A stretch of DNA of 64,000 nucleotides from a bacterium (GTDB lineage: Bacteria > UBA10199 > 2-02-FULL-44-16 > JAAZCA01), in the NCBI GenBank assembly GCA_963674695.2, contig CAXXGI010000003.1, forward strand, positions 160,001 through 224,000. Reading direction: 5' to 3'. The position numbers and the translations under genes were made by a program. Positions 10,701 through 18,022 of this stretch are shown here, in pieces (positions within the stretch are counted from its first letter, which is position 1; each line of letters starts with the position of its first letter). The notes under the pieces are model-generated. The model made no database searches, was not told the DNA's origin, and saw only the letters and a program-made list of their open reading frames with translations.

Positions 10701-11051
10701 GCCGACCGTTCGCGATTGGTGCTCACACCGATCGAGGGGACCAACGCCACGAGCGCGCCGCCGCTGGGCCTCATCTCGGCGCTGCGCGAAAAGATCTCAC
10801 TCGGCATCGCGGGGATCTCTCCGCGCGAGAAGGCGATTCGTATTCCCATTCCGCGCGAGATCGCGCTGGAATCCGATGACCCGGAGAGCATGCTGAATAA
10901 ACTCGGCCTGCGCACCCTCACCCTCACCGACGATGGCTTGGGTCTCTCCTTCGACGACGAACACAACGCCGTCCTCATCGGTCTGCGCGCGATCATCACG
11001 CAGGTGTTGCACCAGAACGGGAAGCCCATCGAATACACCCTTCCGAAATAA
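7713..11051 (+). CDS. Large secreted protein; Ig-like N-terminal part, possible LBP/BPI (TULIP)-like C-terminal region
   Basis: Sec signal ending SAHA-G; acidic linker; many paired Cys. The segment DLTAALSLDAINALLFAL resembles BPI-like folds (inference). Confidence 0.75.
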   Translation: MMKRIVGTCLLLLLIVFGAPVSAHAGVGDWVAHAKSWWSAHTLDSNGVIADPKFDVAEETEPVPEPADPEEEESEEEEGGRRARVPGMCVVPQEPAVTACEIGSGFICVNTPPGGVDGDTVRIRGTIDRRGSVLASIRIAAQNEYTKRIAEVDTSEPAESDCWKESPPDRPFCIDGEGRFSALVALADPGPATITVTGSRLSGESLERRVRVSRVIAPELGFDRIQFDPDVTAGGAVDAPIVTATVDLLGDCQFCDFIGASTGGITVTAENVVVSADGTTRRVSCPTTVEQGGQGRFLIGVPVLSGQNTLTVRACNAAVEGHCPEVSGITFSGAAGEMNFDIQSPPPQPAYDAADYPKIPWSFSLGDGAGCISMQFNREGPAELCPDASGIYHAELHPRSGINVATLAPDGVTEAFAWSFGWGTIESPHAKGARGRMTVPSAAQLALPARTAERMLIPFINNFLASDEFQDLIADFKMGGDEKKDASDDEDFSHLVPKCGGTASSGFRIALRGKPKLGHAEIRDATFETDAVALDVRIKNLSAGIDLHPDNGNAPLPLTVVFRRAKFDIRLEIAQGSDGEAMALVTSPHDDCDFKRGSYCQHKPTSLIPQHYVGGAHTYGGFIRCEVALASGGAKKACKAFNSLNAMTGVIGEKVLDAINDMIYCGGSAALTKLMRRGIALEPIELGCAEGEACEGTLTKLLPPLRLPLGVSLDDGLDLSSQGLLVSAGMSVGDADLFSHTPKSARVDSAGLIRVRDDDEGAISSASAGGKDLTAALSLDAINALLFALVAQGDGGDYRGLLDIDVHEHLFNDLGFDFVKECDQFVPIPGEAEAPPTLCHLRPRVGEMLGSALSTYGYFEQNQPLLLAIRGNRALGPRLAVTSLDELPVVSRAGNDNPAMDGGGDADVPEGSLVELQLGGVTLSFYALDADRPYDADGAFRIQSMRPELDDPWDGPIVSFDLTLLLGIEVGDIELEVPEEWDDQGQEQFVTTVRTLADRSRLVLTPIEGTNATSAPPLGLISALREKISLGIAGISPREKAIRIPIPREIALESDDPESMLNKLGLRTLTLTDDGLGLSFDDEHNAVLIGLRAIITQVLHQNGKPIEYTLPK

Positions 11052-11080
11052 AAAAGCCCGACACCAGTTGGTGCCGGGCC
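11050..11080 (-). terminator. Intrinsic terminator hairpin, left copy
   Basis: AAAAAA-GCCCGACACC-AGTT-GGTGCCGGGC; the T-tract is on the minus strand. Confidence 0.6.
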
Positions 11081-11081
11081 G

Positions 11082-11231
11082 AGGGCTGCTGACAGAGTTA
11101 TCTCATGCGATCATTTCTGTGAAACCAAGATTTGTCATTCCCGCGCAGGCGGGAATCTCGCTTTTAACGGCACACCGAGATCCCCGCGTTCGCGGGGATG
11201 ACAAAAAAAACAAGGGTTTGGCATCAACCTC
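11082..11231. mobile_element. MITE copy 2, same family as 7176-7320
   Basis: Ends GGGCTGCTGACAGA / TTTGGCATCAACCTC; internal doublet with the same spacer CTCGCTTTTAACGGCACACCGAG; terminator hairpin present on both sides. Confidence 0.72.
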
Positions 11232-11232
11232 A

Positions 11233-11262
11233 GGCCCGACACCTTTTGGTGCCGGGCCTTTT
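11233..11262 (+). terminator. Intrinsic terminator hairpin, right copy
   Basis: GGCCCGACACC-TTTT-GGTGCCGGGCC-TTTT. Confidence 0.6.
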
Positions 11263-11271
11263 CCTGCATTC

Positions 11272-14160
11272 CTACCGCAGCATCGCCATCGGGGCGTAGG
11301 CGAAGGCGCCGTATCCGTTGAAGATGTTTGCCGAGAGATCGTCCTGCAGACAGGGCGGGATCATCCCCGGGTCGACCGGATCAATCTCTTCTCCCAACAA
11401 CATCTCATAGGTCGTGCGTTCTTCGACTTCATCCGTTACCAGCGCCGCTGCGGCCGCTCGTTCGGCACTGTGCGCAGCGTGTCCGTTAGCGGTGCGTTGA
11501 GCGGTCAGGGCCACCAGGGCAACGCCGAGATCGGAGCGCTCCTGCATCAGCCGTTTGGCCTCGGCGGCTTCAAGACGCAGGACGCGAACGTCGCCGCGAG
11601 CGCGGACGGTCGCTGATCGCGGTTCGTCCGCGACGAGTGCCTTTTCACCGACGACATCGCCCGCCCCGAGGATGACGGGCGTCTGGGCCAGCGGTCCCTC
11701 AGCGGCGCTGACGGCCACTTCACCGTCCAGGAGAAAGAAGATATCGCTTTCGCGCATGCCTTCGTGGATGAGCGTTTGGCCATCGCGCAGCGCTTCGACC
11801 CGACCCGAGATGTGCAGGAGGTCGCGAGTCGAGGCGCTCAGCCCCTTGAGCACCGGCGAACGCTCGGTCGCACCGGCCGCCAAGCGGCGCACTTGGGCCA
11901 GATCGACATAGGTGGCGGCCAGGCCCGTGCGCGTGAGGATCGGTGCGATGGCATTCGCCTCCCAGCGCACCGCATACAGATCGGTCATCGCCGTGACATT
12001 GGCGGTGCGAGGGGCATTGGTCGCCAGAGCGGTTTCGCCGACCACGCCCGCATGTCGAACGGCCAGCGGGCTGTGGGCATCGTCAGCACCGTTGTGGATC
12101 GCGGCCGTGCCGTCGACGATGAGGTACATCGCATCACCCGCTGCTCCCTTCTCGATGATGCGCTCCCCTTGGCGCCGAAAGATCAGTTTTCCGGCGGAGA
12201 TGAGATCATCCATCAGGGCGGGATCGGTGAGGTGTCGGCCCAACACCGGATCGCGCGCGATCGCCCGTCGAACGATCTCGCGCGTGCGATAGGGGGAGGC
12301 ATCGGGTTGCCACCCCATACGGTCGGCGAGTGCAATCGCATCGCCCAGGCCTTCGCCGAGGTAGCGGATGCCGGCATCGCGCACCTTCTGCGGTGCCTCG
12401 TGATAGCCGATGACGACACCGTTTGCCGGCGCGACCGCGGCCATGTTCGCCGAGAGCTCTGCGACCTTGGCCAGTCCCGGATGAAGCGGCAGCGCTCCAT
12501 TGTCGATGATGCTCAAGCCTCCGGCGAGCATCCCCTGCCAGGGTTGCATCGTGATCGTCGCCATGCGCGCATCGCTGGCGATGACGGGGCGTCCCGTCTC
12601 TTTATCGACCGTATCGCGTAGCTTCGACACGATTGCCGGATCGATCTGCGTATCCCCCGAATAGCTTGCGAGGATGCGCGACGCAGCGTGCTTCGGGTCA
12701 CCGCTCATGAGCGTGTAGCCGATGGCCGGGACCGAGTGGAAGCTGTGGTTGAAGGTGAACCAGAGTCCGGTGCGGCTCTTCCAGGGTTCGAGCATCCGTA
12801 CGTCGGCCGAGCGCCAGAGCGAACGAATCTGATCCGGGCGCAACCGACCGAGTTGCATGTTCGAGAGCATGCGGACCATCTGCTCCTCGACGATCGGGTC
12901 CGTTGCCAGGACCGGACGCCGGGGGAGGTGAGCCAGCAGCCGCGGCAGCCCGCCGAAGTGATCGACGTGCGCGTGCGTGATGATCACCTCTTCGACGACG
13001 TCGAGCGGGATGCGGTTCATCTCCATCCATTCCAGGAAATTCACGGGCGGATCGACGATGGTCGCGCGTCCATCGTTGAAGATCATGTGGCCCGAGGTCT
13101 CCTGCGGCGTGAAGAGCGAGCCGGAGCTGATCGGGACGATCATCGGCTCGCCGTCGATGAGCGCGCGATGGCGGATCTGCTCGAACCCCTCCGCACTTCG
13201 GTCGACCTCGGGTGTGGGCAGGGCCGGCAGTGGATAATCGGCCAGGTCCACATCGCCCACAGCGGTGCCCGCTTCGAAGAGGCTGTAGATGCCATTGCCC
13301 CGATCGATGATGCGCAGATCGTCGAAATCGAGCACGCCGGCGTCATCGAAGGTGTGGATGGTGCGCATCTGCTCCAGCGGGAATCCCTTCCAGTGTTTGA
13401 GCTCCTCATGCAGGTTGGGGAATCCGGGTGTGGCTGCTCCCTTCGGATAGCTCCCCGCCACCTGTTCTTCGGTGATCTCCTGATAGGATCCTTCATAGGA
13501 ATCATGCAGGACCGCATCGAAATAGGGGGCCACATCCGCACGGGCGGCGAAGTGCGTGGAATCCTTCATCCCCGCGACGACGAAGAAGTAATGGTAGAGC
13601 GGGCCTTCCCCTTCGGTGATGTGGCGACCGCTGGCCAGATCCAGAATCGGTTCGTCGGGCACGATGCCGAGGCGCGCACCCCCGAAGGCGAAGAGGTCCT
13701 TGACGGCGCTGGCCGGTAGGCGGAAGGCGACGTTGCCTTTGGTGCCCTTGAAGAGCACCGCTCCTCGCTGGGTGACCTCGATCCGGTCGGGGTCGATGGG
13801 CCTTCGCGCCGGGGGCGGGGCGGTGACTGATCCGGTCGAAGTCAGTCTGCCGCGCTCGCGCAGGAAGTCGGAGAAGGCCTGGTTGACGAGCACAGGGCTG
13901 CTTGCCGTCGAAACAGGGTTCTCGCCCTGTGCGATCCGATCGGCGAACCGATCGATGGCCGCGATGGCGTGATCGACGGCTTCAGGCGTTTGTGCCCCTC
14001 CCTCCTTCAATTGGACGAAGGTCTCGAGCAGCCCCGCGGATGCAAGCGCGGATGGCTCTGCCCCCTCCGTGATGGGGCCTCCCTCCAGGGCTTGCATCAG
14101 GGAAAGCGTGGCTCGGTTCAACTGCTCCTGCTGTTTGGGGGTGATTCTGGTGGTGTCCAT
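11272..14160 (-). CDS. Metallo-beta-lactamase-fold hydrolase with two cyclic-nucleotide-binding domains (putative cNMP phosphodiesterase) and a C-terminal tag
   Basis: THAHVDH, HSVP and YSGDT metal motifs; two CNB signatures (GETALATNAPRTANVTA, GEKALVADEPRSATVRA); RBS AAGGAGAGG; ends GYGAFAYAPMAMLR. Confidence 0.85.
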   Translation of the reverse strand: MDTTRITPKQQEQLNRATLSLMQALEGGPITEGAEPSALASAGLLETFVQLKEGGAQTPEAVDHAIAAIDRFADRIAQGENPVSTASSPVLVNQAFSDFLRERGRLTSTGSVTAPPPARRPIDPDRIEVTQRGAVLFKGTKGNVAFRLPASAVKDLFAFGGARLGIVPDEPILDLASGRHITEGEGPLYHYFFVVAGMKDSTHFAARADVAPYFDAVLHDSYEGSYQEITEEQVAGSYPKGAATPGFPNLHEELKHWKGFPLEQMRTIHTFDDAGVLDFDDLRIIDRGNGIYSLFEAGTAVGDVDLADYPLPALPTPEVDRSAEGFEQIRHRALIDGEPMIVPISSGSLFTPQETSGHMIFNDGRATIVDPPVNFLEWMEMNRIPLDVVEEVIITHAHVDHFGGLPRLLAHLPRRPVLATDPIVEEQMVRMLSNMQLGRLRPDQIRSLWRSADVRMLEPWKSRTGLWFTFNHSFHSVPAIGYTLMSGDPKHAASRILASYSGDTQIDPAIVSKLRDTVDKETGRPVIASDARMATITMQPWQGMLAGGLSIIDNGALPLHPGLAKVAELSANMAAVAPANGVVIGYHEAPQKVRDAGIRYLGEGLGDAIALADRMGWQPDASPYRTREIVRRAIARDPVLGRHLTDPALMDDLISAGKLIFRRQGERIIEKGAAGDAMYLIVDGTAAIHNGADDAHSPLAVRHAGVVGETALATNAPRTANVTAMTDLYAVRWEANAIAPILTRTGLAATYVDLAQVRRLAAGATERSPVLKGLSASTRDLLHISGRVEALRDGQTLIHEGMRESDIFFLLDGEVAVSAAEGPLAQTPVILGAGDVVGEKALVADEPRSATVRARGDVRVLRLEAAEAKRLMQERSDLGVALVALTAQRTANGHAAHSAERAAAAALVTDEVEERTTYEMLLGEEIDPVDPGMIPPCLQDDLSANIFNGYGAFAYAPMAMLR

Positions 14161-14196
14161 AACCTCTCCTTTTCGTTGGGTTCACTGAATGGATAA

Positions 14197-14212
14197 AGCA
14201 AGAATGGGGCCA
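14197..14212 (-). promoter_or_regulatory. Sigma54 (-24/-12) promoter
   Basis: Minus strand TGGC-CCCATTC-TTGCT with exact spacing, ~36 nt upstream of the ATG at 14160, followed upstream by an AT-rich region. Confidence 0.7.
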
Positions 14213-14235
14213 GAACCTTCAAAAGTAATCTTTAC

Positions 14236-14274
14236 CTTGATATTGACAGAAGAATATCAAGTAAGTGCTTGGTA
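14236..14274. promoter_or_regulatory. Palindrome CTTGATATT-N8-AATATCAAG and adjacent IHF-like site
   Basis: Perfect 9-bp inverted repeat at 14236-14261; minus-strand TACCAAGCACTTA is one mismatch from the IHF consensus WATCAANNNNTTR. Confidence 0.45.
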
Positions 14275-14420
14275 TTTATTTGAAAAATAACATATCTGCA
14301 GTTTGTGGTTTTATGAGTCGGAGGTTTTGATTTTGAGGAAATTGTGAAAAAAGCTTAGTCCATAGTGAATAATGCATTATAAGGGTATGAATAAATCGCA
14401 CTTAAATGAGGTGCAATATC

Positions 14421-16880
14421 ATGTCATTAAAACTCTACCCCAAACTCCTTCTCATTATATTGGCGCTGGCCATCGTTCCGCTCGTCGGACTCACCATCTA
14501 TACGACGACGATCGGCCGGCACGTCATCTCCGACGAGATTCGCCAGGGGCTCATCCGTCGTGGCGTCGAGATCGCCGAGCGTGTTTCGATGCGCCTGGAG
14601 CAGGCGGTCTCCGATACGCAGCTCCTGCGCAATCTCCCCCAAAAGCCGCAGGCGTATTTGGATTTTATGCGTGCGCGTATGGGCGAGGTCTGGACGCGCG
14701 TCGGGACGGCCCAGGATTATGTCGAACTCCAGAACTCCGTTCCCCTCTATCGAGAGATCGCGTTCATCGGGCCGGATGGGCGCGAGCGGATGCGGATCGA
14801 GAGCGTGCTCGATGAGGAGGGGCTCTCCCAGAAGCGCTATCATGTGGATACGCGCGTCGTGCCCCCCTCGCAGCTTCGCGACGTGAGCGATCCCGCCCAG
14901 ACGCTTTTCCCCGGCGAGGAGTATTTCGCGCGCGCCAAGGCCCTTCCCAAGGGGGAGGTCTTCGTCGATCGCGTGGTCGGGTGGTATGTGACGGCGCAGG
15001 AGCAGCTGCTCGAGGCCAAGACCCCGGAGGAGGCCATCGGGGGAAAGCGCTACGATGGGATCATCCGCTTTGCCGCGCCCGTCTACGAGCGGGGGCGATT
15101 CGCGGGCGTGGTGACGCTGGCGCTGGATCATGTGCATCTGCAGGAGTTGACCATCCACATCGATCCGCTGGCATCGGAGCCGCTGGTCATTGCCCCGTAT
15201 GCGAGCGGCAACTATGTCTTCCTCTTCGATGACGAGGGATGGATCGTCACCCATCAGAAGCTATGGGATATTCGTGGGCTTAACCCGGATGGTCGGCCGG
15301 TGGCGCCGTTTACGAATGTGGAGGGGACCAACCGAGGTCCGGTCAACCTCGTGCGCGGGCCGAAGAATGAGGCGCATGAGCGTCTTCGCGCGCTGCTTCA
15401 GGACGTGCACGCGGGGCGCGCCGGTGTCTCCGACGTGGTCAACATCGGTCTCAATTCGAAATCGCCCGTGATGCGGGCCCAGGCGTGGGCGCCCATTCCG
15501 TTTGGGCACGGCGTCTATCGTGAGCGGGGTGTCTTCGGCGGCGTTATGGTTGGGGCGCAGCTGGAAGCCGTGGGGCATGCCAGCGCCATGCTCATGCGCG
15601 GGTTTTGGATCTTCCTCGGCGCCGCCATCGTCGTGATCGCTCTCTGCGCGGCACTCGTGGCGCGCTCGATCACGCGTCCGATGCGCCAGCTCACGGGTGC
15701 AGCTCGTGCCATCGCTGACGGCGATCTCGATCGTCGCGTGCCGGAGGATCGTCGCGACGAAATGGGAGCGCTCGGTCGTGCCTTCAATCGGATGGCCCAT
15801 GCCCTGCAGGAGAAGATGGCGCAGCTCGAGGAGAGTCATGGTCGACGGCTCTCGCTCAAGCAACGCTTGGCTGAGCAGGAGAAGCGCCAGCGCCTTCATC
15901 TGCAATCGCGCCTCGATCGCCTCGAACGCGAACTCAACGAGACGCCGATCGAGGGGTTCATCTCTGCGAGCGCGGCGATGCACGAGGTGCTCGCCAGTGT
16001 GCGCCGCTTTGCTCAGACCAGTGCCACGGTGCTGATCCTGGGTGAGCGCGGGACGGGAAAGGAACAGATCGCCTCGGCCATTCACACGTTGAGTCCGCGC
16101 CGACAGGAGACCTACCTCCGGGTCAACTGCTCCGCAATTCCGGAGACGCTCGTCGAGAGCGAACTCTTCGGTCATGTGCGCGGTGCGTTTACCGGCGCCG
16201 ACCGAGATCGCCCGGGGCTCTTCGAGGCGGCCGGCGGCGGAACGCTTCTGCTCGATGAGATCGGCGAGGTGAACGCGTCGGTGCAATCAAAGCTCTTGCG
16301 CGTGCTCCAGGAGAAGACCGTGCGGCGCGTCGGTGACCGCGACGAGCGCAACGTCGACACGCGACTCATCGTTGCCACGAACCGGGACCTGTCGGGACTC
16401 GTGCGCTCCGGGCAGTTTCGCGCGGATCTCTTCGATCGGATCAACGTCGCGGCGATCACCATTCCGCCCCTGCGCGAGCGGCGTGAGGACATTCTTCCGC
16501 TGGCGCGCCATTTTCTTCAGCAGGCATCGGCGCGCTATAACAAGAATATCCTCGGTTTTTCTGAGACAGCGGTCGAGCGGATGGAGACCTATGGTTGGCC
16601 TGGAAATGTGCGCGAGTTGGAAAACGCCATCGAGCGCGCGGTGATCATGCTCAGCGGAGATCTGGTCGAGGATGAGTTGCTCATCCTTTCCGGTCAGACC
16701 GAAGAGGCCGATGGGTTTTTCACCGTTCCGGACATGACCATCGAGGAGATGAAGGTGCGCTATGCGCAGGCCGTGCGTGCGCGCTATCCGGGGAAACCGC
16801 TGGGGGCGATCAAGGAGATTTTGGGGGTGGATTGGAATACGCTGCGAAAATATCTGAAACAGGAATGCCCGCTCAGATGA
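14421..16880 (+). CDS. Membrane-bound one-component sigma54 activator (periplasmic Cache-like sensor, HAMP, AAA+ bEBP, HTH)
   Basis: Two TM segments; HAMP (ITRPMRQL...DEMGALGRAFNRM); GERGTGKE, ESELFGH, GAFTGA, LLLDEIG and WPGNVREL motifs. Confidence 0.88.
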   Translation: MSLKLYPKLLLIILALAIVPLVGLTIYTTTIGRHVISDEIRQGLIRRGVEIAERVSMRLEQAVSDTQLLRNLPQKPQAYLDFMRARMGEVWTRVGTAQDYVELQNSVPLYREIAFIGPDGRERMRIESVLDEEGLSQKRYHVDTRVVPPSQLRDVSDPAQTLFPGEEYFARAKALPKGEVFVDRVVGWYVTAQEQLLEAKTPEEAIGGKRYDGIIRFAAPVYERGRFAGVVTLALDHVHLQELTIHIDPLASEPLVIAPYASGNYVFLFDDEGWIVTHQKLWDIRGLNPDGRPVAPFTNVEGTNRGPVNLVRGPKNEAHERLRALLQDVHAGRAGVSDVVNIGLNSKSPVMRAQAWAPIPFGHGVYRERGVFGGVMVGAQLEAVGHASAMLMRGFWIFLGAAIVVIALCAALVARSITRPMRQLTGAARAIADGDLDRRVPEDRRDEMGALGRAFNRMAHALQEKMAQLEESHGRRLSLKQRLAEQEKRQRLHLQSRLDRLERELNETPIEGFISASAAMHEVLASVRRFAQTSATVLILGERGTGKEQIASAIHTLSPRRQETYLRVNCSAIPETLVESELFGHVRGAFTGADRDRPGLFEAAGGGTLLLDEIGEVNASVQSKLLRVLQEKTVRRVGDRDERNVDTRLIVATNRDLSGLVRSGQFRADLFDRINVAAITIPPLRERREDILPLARHFLQQASARYNKNILGFSETAVERMETYGWPGNVRELENAIERAVIMLSGDLVEDELLILSGQTEEADGFFTVPDMTIEEMKVRYAQAVRARYPGKPLGAIKEILGVDWNTLRKYLKQECPLR

Positions 16881-17934
16881 GCATCGCCATCGGGGCGTAG
16901 ACGAAGGCGCCCATTCCCGTAGAGAGTAAGGCCGAGGTTTCAAAGCCGTCCAGTGTGACTTCATGAAGGGGATCGTCGATGAAGTCCATTCCCCCCATCT
17001 CCGGCAAGAAGGCCTGCATCGAGGGGATTGTCTCTGTCGGCGTGCGATACACCGGAAGGATCGGGATCTGTCTCACGCGGTTCACGTCCCCCGGATTCCA
17101 GGTGAAGGGGGTGAGGAGGCCGGGTTTCATGTGGCCGCCGCATTCAGGGCGGCGTACGCCGATGAAGATCTCTCCGGTGTCGGGATTGGCGCCGAAGACG
17201 CGGATGTTCTGCGGTTCCTCCCGTAGGCTCGAAGGGACCAGGAGTCCCAACGGTTTACGAGGGGCAAGGGCGATGGTGGAGCCGGGATCGATGTAGATGC
17301 GGGAACCGATGCGAAAGCCGCCTTGGTCGGTATGGTTGAGCACCAGTGCTCGGCCCCTGCCATCGGCGACGAATTCACGGGTTTCCCAGCGTTTCCCCGC
17401 CGTATCGACCGATACGCGGTGTTCCAATTCCAGTCGAATGGATCGACCGTGTTCATTCATCTGTATGTCGACGTGGTGTTCGGGTTTGAGATGGTAGCCG
17501 ATGATGTCATAGATTTCATCGATAGGATGAAGGCGACTGGGTTGGCTCAAATCCAGGGTGTGGCCCGGAATGATCGATTCCAGGCGGAAGACGGCAAGTC
17601 CTGCGTTGACGTTGAGATCCAGAATCATGATTCGAACTGTTGGTGCGGCATCGAGGGATACGGTCGGATAGAAGGCGAAGATCGAAGCCCTGTGCAACGT
17701 GGAGCGACCGCGCTGGTTCGGCCCTTCATAGCTGAAGCGCCACCCCTCGTTGAAGAGGGTTATGCCCAGATTCGAGGTCGAGGCATTTGCTCGTATCTGT
17801 ACGGATGCTCCGGGCGCCAAGGAAAGCGAGCGGGGTTCATGCAGGGAATGGCCATTATAGCTGCTCCAATCAAATGTCCGTCCCGCGGTGGAGGGATGAA
17901 TGGGAGGAGGGGAGCTGTTTAGTCGTAGTGTCAT
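16873..17934 (-). CDS. Hypothetical protein with C-terminal GMGAFVYAPMAMLI tag
   Basis: Fills the intergenic space; C-terminus shared with the 11272..14160 product; upstream bipartite motif supports ATG 17934. Confidence 0.7.
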   Translation of the reverse strand: MTLRLNSSPPPIHPSTAGRTFDWSSYNGHSLHEPRSLSLAPGASVQIRANASTSNLGITLFNEGWRFSYEGPNQRGRSTLHRASIFAFYPTVSLDAAPTVRIMILDLNVNAGLAVFRLESIIPGHTLDLSQPSRLHPIDEIYDIIGYHLKPEHHVDIQMNEHGRSIRLELEHRVSVDTAGKRWETREFVADGRGRALVLNHTDQGGFRIGSRIYIDPGSTIALAPRKPLGLLVPSSLREEPQNIRVFGANPDTGEIFIGVRRPECGGHMKPGLLTPFTWNPGDVNRVRQIPILPVYRTPTETIPSMQAFLPEMGGMDFIDDPLHEVTLDGFETSALLSTGMGAFVYAPMAMLI

Positions 17935-17944
17935 CGGGATCCAT

Positions 17945-17972
17945 GTATCGGCATGTGGCAAAAAAGGTTGCG
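17945..17972 (-). promoter_or_regulatory. Bipartite promoter-like motif CGCAAC-N14-GCCGATAC
   Basis: Minus strand CGCAAC CTTTTTTGCCACAT GCCGATAC, 10 nt upstream of ATG 17934. Confidence 0.65.
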
Positions 17973-18022
17973 TCCTTTATGCGGAGAAATGAAAGAAGTC
18001 AAGCGGAGGGGGAACGGACAGA

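Noticed and set aside
11279-16911. attL/attR of an integrated element
   Set aside because: No integrase, tRNA or mobility gene, and both repeats are in-frame gene ends. Kept only as an alternative reading of the tag finding.
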